From NCBI GenBank assembly GCA_020536535.1, contig JAHLWZ010000831.1, positions 1 through 64,000 of the forward strand: 64,000 bases of DNA, read 5' to 3'. The translations under genes were made by a program, and so were the position numbers. Numbering within the stretch: the stretch's first letter is position 1; each line of letters begins with the position of its first letter. The notes below the pieces were generated by a model. The model was not told where the DNA came from. It searched no databases and saw only the letters and a program-made list of their open reading frames with translations. Shown piece by piece: positions 1 through 11,633 of the stretch. Source of the stretch: Pelomyxa schiedti. Its lineage: Eukaryota > Protista > Evosea.

Positions 1-907
1 CACTGAACATGTGGTATTTGTTTGAGCCCTTGATAATGAAAGTGCGTGACCCATAACCAGCAGAACACCGGTCCCAGTTCCTCATGACAAAATGAAGCTT
101 CCACGATTGGCGCGTTGGCAACACGCACCTCACTGTGCTCAACAGAGCCAGGCTCCTTCTCTTGTAGGTCTCCTCGAGGTCAACAACAAACAGCTCAAAA
201 ACTTTCGATCTCCTTGTGGATTTGGCCACTATGACCTCACCGTCAACAGACCTGTCCATGTAAACAACCAACGGGAACTCGACCATCGGCATATCCACCA
301 CAACGGCGTCACAGGAATCACACGACACATCACACCCATCGTCCCCCTCAAGTGCCTTGAGCCCACCCATCGGAACCACAGCCAAACACACTGGCTCCCT
401 CGTACGCGAGGTCACACAGGCGGCCCACTTGCTGTTGACGCCCCACGCCCTGTCGTTCCGCGTCTCTCTGGCTACTACGGCCTGCGCCTCCTCAGAGCAC
501 AGCACGTCGCGCAGCAGCAGCGCCCCGCGCTTGGCGATGACGTAGCGGTGGCCGTCGACCCACGAGACGCAGCGGCCGGCGTCGCCCCACGGGGGCGTGG
601 GCAGCAGCGAGGGCGCGCGGTGGACGCTGAGGAGCAGCGGGGAGACCACCAGCGAGAGCGTGGCGGCCACTCGGGAGAGGTGGAGGACGAGGAGGCGCAG
701 GGTGGGGGCCACGTGGTCGGACCACAGCATGAGGACGAACGCGGGGGCGTGGGCGGGTCCCATAACTCGGAGCAGGGCGCCGTGTCCGCCGCACCTCGGT
801 ATGGTGGCGCCGGTGGCCAAGGCGAGGAACTGGCCATGTGTCGTGAGGGCGTGGATTGCGGACGACGTGTCCGTGATCGTGTCGTTTCGTACATCCCACG
901 ACGCCAT
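1..907 (-). CDS. Hypothetical protein of a lineage-expanded family (partial, runs off the window start)
   Basis: Uninterrupted minus frame from ATG 907 (MASWDVRND...HGQFLALATGATIPRCG...VVSPLLLSV...GVNSKW...FVVDLEETY). It is absent from the ORF track because no stop lies in the window. It shares Q(F/I)LAL, VSPLLLSV and NxKW motifs with 6453-7072. Confidence 0.75.
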   Translation of the reverse strand, partial: MASWDVRNDTITDTSSAIHALTTHGQFLALATGATIPRCGGHGALLRVMGPAHAPAFVLMLWSDHVAPTLRLLVLHLSRVAATLSLVVSPLLLSVHRAPSLLPTPPWGDAGRCVSWVDGHRYVIAKRGALLLRDVLCSEEAQAVVARETRNDRAWGVNSKWAACVTSRTREPVCLAVVPMGGLKALEGDDGCDVSCDSCDAVVVDMPMVEFPLVVYMDRSVDGEVIVAKSTRRSKVFELFVVDLEETYKRRSLALLSTVRCVLPTRQSWKLHFVMRNWDRCSAGYGSRTFIIKGSNKYHMFS

Positions 908-1400
908 TTATTACATCGACTTCGGAGCATCAAAACGGGGAATTGGAAGATGCCCCCAGTCACCAGAGGTGAGGAGTTTGACATGCCAAGAGTTGTACAG
1001 AGAAGACTGGTTTTTTGGATTTCATTTTGAATTTCAGGCAACTTGACAACAAAGCAAGCAGTTTTCTGTTGGGTCCTTGTTTTGAGTGGGCACAAGCTTG
1101 TTTAGAATTACTCCTGAAGTCACAGTACAGAGTGTTGTCAGCTTCAAGGATCGAACTGTATACCAAGGTTTTAGAAGTGGGGGATGATCATCGTCCGGAT
1201 TTGCAATAAATACAAACCATCTGGGGACGTTCTGCCACTTTTCTCACCCCGAAAATCAACACATCAAAAATCTACTCCGGAAGCAAGTTGCCTTAGGTGT
1301 TGATGTCGCCCCTCAAGCTTGGCCTGAAACCGCATAAAAACCAGCAGATTAGACAGCCCTTGCCGGGGCACGAGAAACAGGCCTACGACAATCATCCGAG

Positions 1401-3852
1401 ATGCTAACACGCAACAAGCACTTGAGGGGGTTGTTGTTGATGCTCACTTTTTTTGGACTGTCACCATCAACCACCGAGGGAGATGTGGTTGTGGAGTTGC
1501 CATCACTGGCAAGTGGGTTTCTCGTTCCTCATGCTCTCAGGTCTGGCCTCTCCAGGGAATCTCAGGAAGCACTCGATGAACAAGTTTCGCATGGGAGGAA
1601 ATTGGCGGAGAGAATGAAGCCATTGTGGGAGATGGGAATGTCATCATCAACTGGTGGCGGGAACATATCTTGCTGGTCGCCTGTTGGCGATGTTCATATC
1701 GGCGACAGAGGGGACGGCATCACAGGGGAAAGGATAGTTCCAAAGATCATCCATCAAATCAACATCAAGAAAGCAGCCTCGGATCCAGAAATTCCCACGA
1801 GATTCTTGGAATACACATACGCTTGGAGGCGCCTCAACCCTGGTGAGTCGTATCTTCACTTTCAAATTCCTCACTCTCGGCTTCAGACTTTATTTACTTG
1901 CTATGGGATAATAACACTCTGGAAGAGATGGTGCACCGAGTCTACCCCGAGATGTACGTCTTATACCTTTCCATCGACACACCTGTCATTCGCGCGGACG
2001 CGGCCCGGCTGATGGTGTTGTACGCTTACGGTGGTGTGTACGCCGATTTGGATTACGAGTTGCTCTTGCCTTTGGATCCTTTCCTTCCGGTGTTGAACAA
2101 CAACAACAACAGTGACAGCCCACCATCATTCGGAGCGATCAAATCGACACCGATCTCCAACTTCCTGATGTATTCCGCAACAAAAAGTCCGTTTGTTGGA
2201 GCAATGATTGGGGACTTTGCAAACAGCTTGGGGAAAAACAGGAACTCCTTCACATTTCGTGAAAGGGTGCTTGACACTTTGGGGCCACAGTTTGTGGCTC
2301 GGCATGCAGTGGCACATCCCAATGCTTATTGCACATTTCCAGCTGATATGTTCAATCCAGTCACTGCGTGCGGAGTTCACACTGGTGATGAGAATCCAGT
2401 TGGAATCCACCACTACGCTCTGACTTGGGGTGATTTCTCGTCCGGACTTAATAACTGGTATAAGTGCAACACGGATTCAGCCGAAACTATCTGGAGATCC
2501 ACCACATATTTCTTGGTTGGAGGATCAGTGTTGATTGCATGTGCCATTGCCACTGCAGTTCGGAAGAACCATAGATTGGTAGAAACAAATGTTTCCCTCG
2601 AACATACATCCTCAGCTCACTGGGCGATATTTTTGTCTGCTTCCTACGCTGTGCTGTCACTGGGTGCGGGAATATTCAACCGACTCTTTTTGCTCCCTAT
2701 TTTTCAAAAGTTGTTGCCTGAGATGTATTTCCTCTTCCTGGCGTTTTCACAGGTTCGTGTTCACCTGAATTCAGTTTTCTCACTCAAACAAGGTTCTGAT
2801 TGCGGTGGCATTTCTTTCAATATTTTTTGTGAGCAAGGCTCTGGATTTCCGAATTGACAAGCGGACCCTTCTGGAATGCATTCCTTGCAGTCTCAGCTTC
2901 GTCGGGATGGTTGGAACAAGTTTTCTGAGGTAACCACCCACCCCAATTCATTTGTTTTGACCGCGAGGCTCACAGTTTCAAATTCCTGCCTGTCACAACA
3001 ATTTTCCTCTGGAAGTCATTCTCTTCATTGATGACGGCAGTGGGTGATTGGTTGGTGTTCAACCGGCCAATGACTCTGTTCACTGCCACGAGTTTCCTTG
3101 TCATGGTTTGTTTAAGCAACCTTCTTTTACAGGAACTCATCCTATTCAAGATTGTCTCTTGTTTCTTCTTCACACTGGAGAGTCCATCTCTGACTTGGGA
3201 TTTCAACAGTCTAGCTTGGATTTCCGCCAATGTCTTGTTCACTTCCTTTTTCACTGTGTGCTCTCCAACGTCTCATCTCACAAAAAACTCATCAATGTAA
3301 AGCTTTCATACTCCCGGGTGATTTCCCGAAGTCCTTCGTCACCTTTGAGCACTGCGTTGGTGATCAACCTCATGTCTGCCGCCATTCTGGCGGTCATCCT
3401 CATTTGTCTTGGATCCTTCAACACCTCAGTCACAAGGTAAATACACAAAAACAATTACCTGAACTGACCAGGAACATAAATCAGCACAATAAATGGGGGG
3501 CCGCTCATAAGAATGTGTTTTGTATTCAGCCTGTTGTTTTCATTTCTGCTGTGCCTGTGCACAGTGTTCCTTCTGCGGGTGACATCACCCACGTCACTTT
3601 GGTTTGTTTCGCCCGCTTGTAAACAAATTTTACACTCATTCAACACACAGTATGGTTGGACAGTTCAACAAAATTGGACTGAACCTTGCAACTGGCAGAA
3701 CACTGGAATCGTTTGGTGGGTTCATGGGCTCAGTCTTTGGTGTTGCTGGTGCCACTCTGTTTGTGTTGGTCAAGGCAAACCAACATTCATCATCACATCA
3801 GCCTGGCACGAATTCACACAAAGGCAACCAACACCCAATGAACAAAGTGTAA
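1401..3852 (+). CDS. GT32 (Sur1/Och1-like DXD) glycosyltransferase fused to a Vrg4-like GDP-sugar transporter; multi-exon
   Basis: Hydrophobic N-terminus, then IVPKIIHQ and RADAARLMVLYAYGGVYADLD. The same ORF continues into TM segments. Spliced exons give IPCSLSFVGMVGTSFLSFKFLPVTTIFLWKS and LRVTSPT|THSMVGQFNK (compare Vrg4 VRVTSSTTYSMVGALNK). Confidence 0.85.
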
Positions 3853-3981
3853 TTGTAACAACAACCAAAGAACTATGTAATAAGGTGTATTCATTCACCT
3901 TGCGGTTTTGAACTGGCTCTCTTGTTGGTGTGCAAACCACATCGTCGTCGCGGAAAACGCAATTCCCACAATTCCCAGAAA

Positions 3982-6334
3982 ATGGACGTGACTGTGGCGA
4001 CTTCATCGGCACCTCGCGCACACGAGGAATCCCCGCACAGCAGCAACAACAACAGCGACAGCGTACGTCGCGTTGTTTTTGTGTCGCGGGTGCTGTGGGA
4101 GCAAGTGGTGGTGCCGCTGGTGCTGGCCCCCGCGCGGCGCGCCATACGCTGGGGCGAGGCCATGCCCGACGCCGCGACCGGGTGCATGTTCCGCGTGGCC
4201 GAGGCCGCGTTCCCCCTCGTCGCGCTGTGCTGCCGCGCCGTGGGCGAGGCCAACTCGGCGGCGTGCGTCTCGCGGTGGGCCGCGCGCGGCCACTACGCCA
4301 CCATCGAGGACGCCGCCGCGGCCCCCAGCCCCAGGTGCGTCGCCTGGCTGATATCAAAGTACGCTGCCGCCGCCCCTGCTGGCCCCTCCCCCTCGTGGTC
4401 CCCTTCCCGCTGCGGCCCCCTCCTTCGCCAGGAGCAGGGGGGAGGCGGTGGTAATACTGGCCGCGGGGATGGTGTGCAGGAGGGGCAGGGGGTGTGGAGG
4501 GGAGTGAGGGAGAGGAGGAAGGCGAGGGAGAAGATCGCGTTTGTTGGGGGGCTGTGCCGCGGGGGACACTTGGATTTGGCGGACAGGTTTGTTGTGGAGA
4601 ACGGTTGGGAGGATCCTGCGTTGTGGCGTGGGGATAAACGTTCAGCAGAGGAGCGGCGGGGTTCCGCGAACCGAGGCGGTGCCGCTGTACCGGTGTGCTT
4701 TTAGCTTAGCTGCTTATCTATTTTTGTTTTCGTCATCTAATACTGGAACTCAGGCGCCGGGAACTGTCTTGTATGATGAATTCTGGAGTAAAAAGGGACT
4801 ATCCCACATCATGAAGGGAATGTGTGTAACTGGGAACTTGGCTGCTGTCAAGTGGATTCTTTCAAGGCTAATCCATGTCACTGAAGGAAATAAGACGATT
4901 ATGCAGGAATATCTGAGCTTTGCAGCTTACTACGGCCAATTACATATACTCAGGTGGCTGGTGGATACATTTGACTTGAGGGATGGCTCAAATGGCGTGC
5001 CTGGCGGTCCTTTCCATGTTCGAAACAGGGCCTCTGACCTGAGGGAATATGTTGAGAGTTTCCCTTGCTGGAACCTTTGTGGGAATCCCAAGCTGTTGGC
5101 GTGTACAACTGCAACATGCAAGTCTTCACCACCCAACGAGATCATTGAAGTGTGCCAATGGTGGAAGGACAAATTCTCACTGGAAGGGGAAGATTTCGGG
5201 ATGCCAAAGCATTTGGAGGTTCTCAAGTGGGCACTGACTGATGTCACTGACCCTTCTGTTTTGGATGACTACTGGAACTACTCATGTGACATGCTTGGGA
5301 ATGTGGAACTGGGTGAGTGGTTCATTGAGGAAAAGGGAATCACCCCCACGGTCACTGACTTCGATGTTGCTTGCCAGGGGACGCATGACAACGTGGCGTT
5401 CGTTGAGTGGTTGTCAAAGAAGGTTTCACCATCAGTCTCTGACTTCCTTGATGCACTCTGCAATGCGTTGTGCTCCAGGAATGATTTGATTTCGAGGTGG
5501 TTGGAGAAGTACATCATCACCACAACAAATGCGAGGCCAAGCTTTTCTCTCTCATCGTTGGGTGTATGTATAACTATTAAATCTGATCCTGCAGGGTGGC
5601 TTGAGTGGCTCTCTACACATTCAGACCACTGTGACTTTGACTGCAGCACATCTGAGGTTGCTTCTTTTGTGCAGAAGTGTGTTTGGCCCCTGGACCCAAT
5701 CAAATTCTCTGTTGCTGTGGTTGCGTGGAAGAAGTTCTCGTTGTGCCCTGTGATCCACCACGACGTTCTTGTGTCCCTGCTGAGCTGGATTGTAAGACAG
5801 GGAACATTTCACCAATTCAAGGAAGCTGTGTCTCTTGGTGAAGTCACTCCTGTTGAATGTGAGCAGCTCCTTTATCAGTGCAGCAACAGTGCAGCACCAT
5901 CCGGCAAGGTTGTGAAGTGGTTGTGTTCACGTGCACTTCTTAACAGCAGTGATGACCCCACGTCAATCAGCAGGGTGTTGCCAAGCATTCATGCAATTTT
6001 TGTTGGCTTGCTTGCCAGTAACAAACGGGCTTGTGTTGAATGGATTTTCAACATGTTCCGCATAGCACTGCAAAATGTATGCCTACCAACACACTTCTCA
6101 CTCACTTGTAAACAGGTTATTGTGGCAAATCAGAACCGCACAAACCCACTTGGAGGCAATGTTGATGTGGCAACATGGAAGCTAATGCTGAGGCTTTTCC
6201 CTGACCTTTACAAGGACGTTGCACTCAATCACTTCCTTGGTGTTGTGTCGGCCTCACAACAGCACACACAGCTCACAATTGACAAGCTTGGTGTCACACA
6301 AGACGAAATTCTTTTCCTGTGCTCAACAACATGA
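3982..6334 (+). CDS. Ankyrin-like helical-repeat hypothetical protein (2 exons)
   Basis: ORFs 3922-4704 and 4541-6334 join by a phase-0 GT-AG intron (about 4693-4753). Repeated motifs: GLCRGGHLDLA, GMCVTGNLAAVKWI, AAYYGQLHILRWL. Confidence 0.7.
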
Positions 6335-6452
6335 ATTTTCCTCGTTGCCCTTTTCAGTCATTGCTAAAGAAAGAACAGGTTCCGAGACCCTTTAAAGCCT
6401 GCGCCTGAGCACAGCCAGATTTCGCCGAAACGTTGTTGCAACAAGCATAGCG

Positions 6453-7072
6453 ATGCAGATACAGGGGGCCGGTGGGTGACTGGTGGGTCAGTTCACGACG
6501 CAGGCCAGGTTGCGAGCCCGCGACCAGATCCTTGCCCTCCTCGCTTCGGCCTCCTCTGCCCCGTCCCCCCCGTGCTCGCATCTTACTCCCAGTAGCACAA
6601 CAACAACCACCACCACCACCACTGCGCAACAGCATACAAAAACAACAACCAAGGGGGGAGGGGGTTGGCAGGAACAGGGGCACACGGTGGCTCGGCTCGT
6701 GTGGGACCTCGTGCTGGCTACACACAGGCTGTTTGTTTTTCAGGCCTGCAATCTGCCCGCCTCTGGCGCCGTAACCATCGCCATCAGGGTGTCACCACTG
6801 CTGCTGAGTGTGGTTGGTGGTGGCTATGACGATGGAAATGGGGTGGATGCCGGTACGGCGGGGGGCGTTGGCGACGTCGACAGGCTCTTGGAGGAGACCC
6901 CGTGTGGTTTTCGGGGTCCAAGGTGGTTCTTGTGTTGCGATTGCGAAAGCCGTTCCACTACGGGGTTAGAAGCTACAGCTTCCCGCGTGGTGATGAGGGA
7001 GCCCTCCTCGTCCTCTGGGTGCAATCCTGAGTGGTTCCCGGTCGGGACATTTTTGGCAAACTACAAATGGGG
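6453..7072 (+). pseudogene. Truncated paralogue of the gene at 1-907
   Basis: ATG 6453 is followed by an in-frame TGA at 6477-6479. Motifs ARDQILALLAS, VSPLLLSV and ANYKW are present, and family similarity ends exactly at the TIR at 7073. Confidence 0.65.
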
Positions 7073-7111
7073 GGCATATCTGGATCAGTGGGCGGTGATT
7101 TTTTTCCCTAT

Positions 7112-7183
7112 CAAAAAGTGTATCATCACCGCCCAAAATCACCGCCCGGGCGGTGATTTTGGGCGGTGATGATGCACTTTTTG
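7112..7183. repeat. 72-bp near-perfect palindrome (36-bp arms, 1 mismatch, no loop)
   Basis: CAAAAAGTGTATCATCACCGCCCAAAATCACCGCCC|GGGCGGTGATTTTGGGCGGTGATGATGCACTTTTTG. Confidence 0.95.
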
Positions 7184-7680
7184 CAGTCAAATCTGATCAC
7201 CGCCCTGGGCGGTGGTTGAGCACATAAGCCAGTCAGTAAAATCACCGCCCTGGGTTAACCACAAGAAAAAAACTTTTTTTTATGTTGCTCTTAATCTAAC
7301 TCAATATTTAACAGTGCTGACAGGCCAGTTAAAGCCACTATTTGTCGCAATAAGCACTCCCAAGTGTTGTGTGTGTCTGATGAAGAGAGCCTTCCTCAAC
7401 AACATAATCATCATCCAAGCTGGAAACAGGGTAATCCCTTGGTGATCCAAAATGTTGAAGTGAGGTTGAGGGTGCATGTCTATGTGGTACATGAAGAGCA
7501 TGTGAATGTTTAGGTTTTTTAGGTTCTGGTGGCTGATTGAGAGGAAGCAGGTGCTGCTGATTGTTTGTTAGCTAAAGCGGACAACACTGTAGTAGTGTGT
7601 GGCACCTGTTGTAGCAATCTAGTTGAAGTACCCTTTGTTGCACTCATCCCACCAGTCACACACACCCATCCTGGCACTCA

Positions 7681-7830
7681 TTGCCACACCCGTCGCCACA
7701 GTCGTCGCCGCAGTCGTCGCCACACCCGTCGCGGCACCCGTCGCCGCAGTCGTCGCTGCACCCGTCGCCACAGTCGTCGCCGCACCCATCGCCGTACCCG
7801 TCGCCGCACCTGTTGCCGCACTTGTCACCA
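7681..7830. repeat. Degenerate 12-bp minisatellite (GTCGCCGCACCC/GTCGCCACAGTC)
   Basis: Tandem units give the PVAAVVAA / ATGAAT low-complexity translations. Confidence 0.8.
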
Positions 7831-8519
7831 ATGTTGTAGCTCCCCCCATGGCAGCCACCACACATTTCACTGCCGCACCAGTCGCCACCACGCCGGTCCC
7901 TGCCCCACTGAAAGCACTCACCACATTTGTTGCCCCTGTTGTTGCCCCTGTTGTCACCACCATTGTTCCCCCTGTTGCTGCTGTCGTCACCTCCCCCAGC
8001 GTCCCACCCAACAACGCATTTGTCACCACACTTGGAGGCACCAATAACGACGTTCCTGTGTCTACCTCAGTTGTTGCTCTCGTTGGTTTATTGCGTCCCA
8101 TCACTATGCAACAACCAATTTTTTTTTCTTGTCTTTAGTACTAGAACAAGATCTTCACTATTATACCCAGTAACACAGGGATCAAATAACCCCATCGTGT
8201 TTGTCTGGGACAAATAAGCAAGACCAGGCCTTTTGCAGTGAGGAATAACAGCTAGGTGCAAACCACTTATCACCGCCCCGGGCAGTGATTTTTTCACAGC
8301 TTTTTGACTGGATCACCGCCCAAAAAAACGGGGCAGAGCCGTTTACAGGAACTTGATCGGGAAAAAAAACACCGCCCATTGATCCAGATATGCCATGTAC
8401 TCTAGGTTCAAGAAGGCAAAAAAAAGGGAAACTTTTCCTTTCCCAAGCTTAGTAGAAAGTACGAAACGTGAGGATTTATTCATTTTATTCAGACAACTGT
8501 GGCTGGATAAGAAGCGAGA

Positions 8520-9506
8520 ATGAAGATGTTCTTGTGGCTTAGGAGGGTACTCACATGGAGACCACGACAACATCGCTGGGGTAGGGAACACAATAGCAGG
8601 GACAAGAACATCAGGCCCGGGGGTTCAGTTTTGAGTGCGGGGAGTGGTGGTGGCACTGGTGCTGAGGTGTCGGGAGTGCTATCTTGTGTAATATGCTTGG
8701 ATAAACTCTGCTTGAGGGAAGAGCTTGCGGTGCCATTGGGCGTGTGCGGGCATGTGCAGCACCATGAGTGCATGCGTGGGTACATTGAGCATGCACTGAA
8801 AACCAGGATGCTGCCAATTACTTGTCCAATAGCCGCTTGCAGGAAAGTGTTGAGGTAAGCTTGCTATTGTTTGTTTTACTTTTTGTGGCCGAATATGGTG
8901 TACAATGGAGCAGAGCTAACTCTTTGGGTGCAGTGTGCCGGATTTACAGATTCATATGAACCAAAACCAGTGGGATGCATATCTAGACCTGACCTTGGCA
9001 CAATTTATCCTCAAGAACAGGTACTCAGCCTTCGAATATGATATGTCATTATATGTTTAAAAAAAACAAAAAAAAATAGGAATCACATGTACTTGTGCCC
9101 GACCCCTAATTGCAAAGGTGCCACGTTCTTCGCAGAAGGAGAGGACAGTGACGCCTGTCAAAAGGACAAGGACAAGGAGCCGCACAGGCACATTCGCGGA
9201 AACAACAAGGCGTCGAGTTCTCCGATCTGTTGGCGGTGCTCGTCGTGCGGCCAAGAGTACTGCACGAGGTGCTGGTGCCCATCCCATAATGACGGCCGCA
9301 CCACGTGCACCAGCCGGCGCAACGCCATGTTCGAGTCGGCGTCGCGGCGCCTGAGGTGCACTGCGTGCCCAGAGTGCGGGGTCAGGGTCGAGCGAGCCGG
9401 TGGGTGCCCACACATCAAGTGCGCGTGGTGCGGCTGCGACTTCTGCCACAGGTGCGGTGAGATTATGGGACAGTGCGCATGCATCAAGAGGCCCTCAGCA
9501 TCTTAA
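8520..9506 (+). CDS. RBR (RING1-IBR-RING2) E3 ubiquitin ligase, 3 exons
   Basis: RING1 CVIC...CGH..HHEC...CPIAAC; IBR CPTPNC...CSSCGQEYCTRC...H; RING2 CPECGVRVERAGGCPHIKCAWCGCDFCHRC with the catalytic Cys. Confidence 0.9.
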
Positions 9507-9822
9507 GCAAAAAAGAAAAAATCACAAAGTGCGTGCACTGCGATGTTTTCTACAGCTTTGGGAGAATCACTAATTTAATGCACTACCCGTCACATCTCGT
9601 GGTGCATTCCTCTGCAGAAATTCTGCAGAGGCTGAGCAAGGATCTGTTACTAGAAGCGGATAGAAATAGGTTTCGTTTTTTTGGCTAAAGCAGTTGAGAA
9701 AAAAGAAGCCGAACGTCACCTTCAATTGCATTGTCCTTCACTTCGTATTGAAAAGAAATACTTCTCAGATCTACGCTCCGGAAAGAGAGGGAATAAAAAA
9801 CACCAGTTCGTCGCCACCACGA

Positions 9823-11506
9823 ATGTCGCACCGCAAGTACGAAGGTCGGTTCCGTTGGCCTTTACGTCGTTTATACCGTCGCTTGTTTAGCGACTTTTAT
9901 TGTCCGTAACACACCTTACTTACACGCCCTTAGCCCCCAGACATGGATCCCTGGCCTTCTTGCCACGCAAGCGCAGCAACAGGCAACGTGGACGCAGTAC
10001 GTTTTTTTTTTTTACATTTCAGCACACGCGTATGTGGATTAATGGGTGTTTATAGTCAGGCACTTCCCTAAAGACAACCGCGCCACAAGACCCCACTTCA
10101 CCGGTTTCGTCGGTTTCAAGGCGGGTATGACCCACGTTGTCAGGGAACTGAACAAGCCCGGATCAAGTAACCGCCTCTTTTGCTAATTTTTTCCTCTTGA
10201 TGACCGACTGTCTTTTTCAGAGATGCACAAGAAGGAGGTTCTCGAGTCTGTCTCCATTCTTGAGACACCACCCATGATTGTTGTTGGCTTGGTTGGCTAC
10301 AGAAACACAGTCAAGGGACTCAGGAACATCAAGACTGTCTGGGCAAATCACCTCAGCGACGATCTCCTCCGCAATTTCTACCGCAAGTGGCAAGACTCCA
10401 AGAAAAAGGCCTTCTCCAAGTACGCTCTCCGCTACGTCGGCAACCGAGCCCGCGTCAACAAAGACATCGAATACATTAAATCACACGCGGATGTTGTCAG
10501 GGCCATCTGCCACACACAGCAACACAAACTCCCCATGCTCGAGCGAAAGAAGTCACACATCATTGAAATTCAGGTATCCCGCGAACTTTCCTGGTTCTGC
10601 AAGTTAACGCTTATTTTTTAGATCAACGGTGGTACAGTTCGCGAAAAGGTTTCCTTCGCCCTGAACTTCTTCGAGAAGGAGCTGAAGATCAACCAAGTCT
10701 TCGCACAGAACGAGGTCATCGACATCATGGGAGTCACCAAGGGTAAAGGATTCCAAGGAGTCACCAAGCGATGGGGAACAGCCCGACTGCCCAGGAAGAC
10801 GCACAAGGGTCTCAGAAAGGTCGCTTGTATCGGAGCATGGCATCCAGCCCGTGTCTCGTATGCCGTGGCCCGCGCCGGTCAAATGGGTTGCCACCACCGT
10901 GTTGAGATGGGCAAGAAGATCTTCAGGCTCGGAGTTGCTGCCAAGCAGCTGGTCGACGAGAGCTTGGAGGGAGTTGTAAAGGAGGAAGCCAAGGAGCTGT
11001 CCAAGAAGGAGGCGGCCAAGGCCCGCGAGGCAGCAAAGGCCAAGGAGAAGGAAGAGGCCGAGAAGAAGAGGGCGGAGGGAGCAGCCGCAGCAGCGCCCGC
11101 GGCACCGGCGGAGAAGAAGATGGTCTTGAAGATGGTCGACAACCGAAACGCCAAGACCGACTACGATCTCACCACCAAGCCAATCACCCCAATGGGAGGC
11201 TTCCCACACTACGGCATTGTCAAGAACGACTTCATCATGGTCAAGGGTTCAGTCATTGGCCCCAAGAAGAGGGCTCTCACACTCCGCAAGGCCATGTTCC
11301 CGTGCGCCAAGCGATGGGCACTCGAGGAAATCTCCCTCAAGGTAGGCATCTCATTTTCTTTTCCCTTCACAACTGGCTAACTTGGGTACCAGTTCATCGA
11401 TACATCAAGCAAGATGGGCAGCGGCAGATGGCAGACCTCAGAGGAAAGGAAGAAGTACCTCGGCCCAATGAAGCCAAGGCGCAAAGCACCAGCCCACCGC
11501 TCTTAA
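9823..11506 (+). CDS. RPL3: 60S ribosomal protein L3 (uL3), multi-exon
   Basis: MSHRKYE|[77 protein letters not shown]. Confidence 0.98.
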
Positions 11507-11633
11507 TGATTCTACCCTCGAAGTTACCCTCGAACCAAAATAAAAACAGAACCAAAAAAGAACCACTTGTCTGTCCCTTTCCTAGCCAAACACTTTTTCT
11601 TTCTTCTTCTTTTACTCTGCCGACACGGTGGCG

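Larger units (their letters stand above)
7073..8394. mobile_element. Non-autonomous DNA transposon (MITE/Pack-type) with ~33-bp terminal inverted repeats
   Basis: Left end GGCATATCTGGATCAGTGGGCGGTGATTTTTTT; reverse complement of the right end GGCATATCTGGATCAATGGGCGGTGTTTTTTTT. About 10 subterminal ATCACCGCCC-type motifs. No transposase ORF and no clear TSD. Confidence 0.8.

Noticed and set aside
92-1030. 312-aa plus-strand ORF
   Set aside because: It is the in-register antisense shadow of the minus-strand gene at 1-907, which has family motifs shared with 6453-7072.
6477-6479. In-frame TGA as selenocysteine or a recoded codon
   Set aside because: The gene is also truncated by the TIR element, and TGA serves as a normal stop in other genes here.
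7120-7250. ATCACCGCC similarity to phage lambda operator half-sites
   Set aside because: Short match in a eukaryotic context; better explained as transposon subterminal repeats.
7565-8138. Overlapping ORFs inside the TIR element as a transposase
   Set aside because: They are low-complexity translations of a 12-bp minisatellite with no DDE or DNA-binding motifs.
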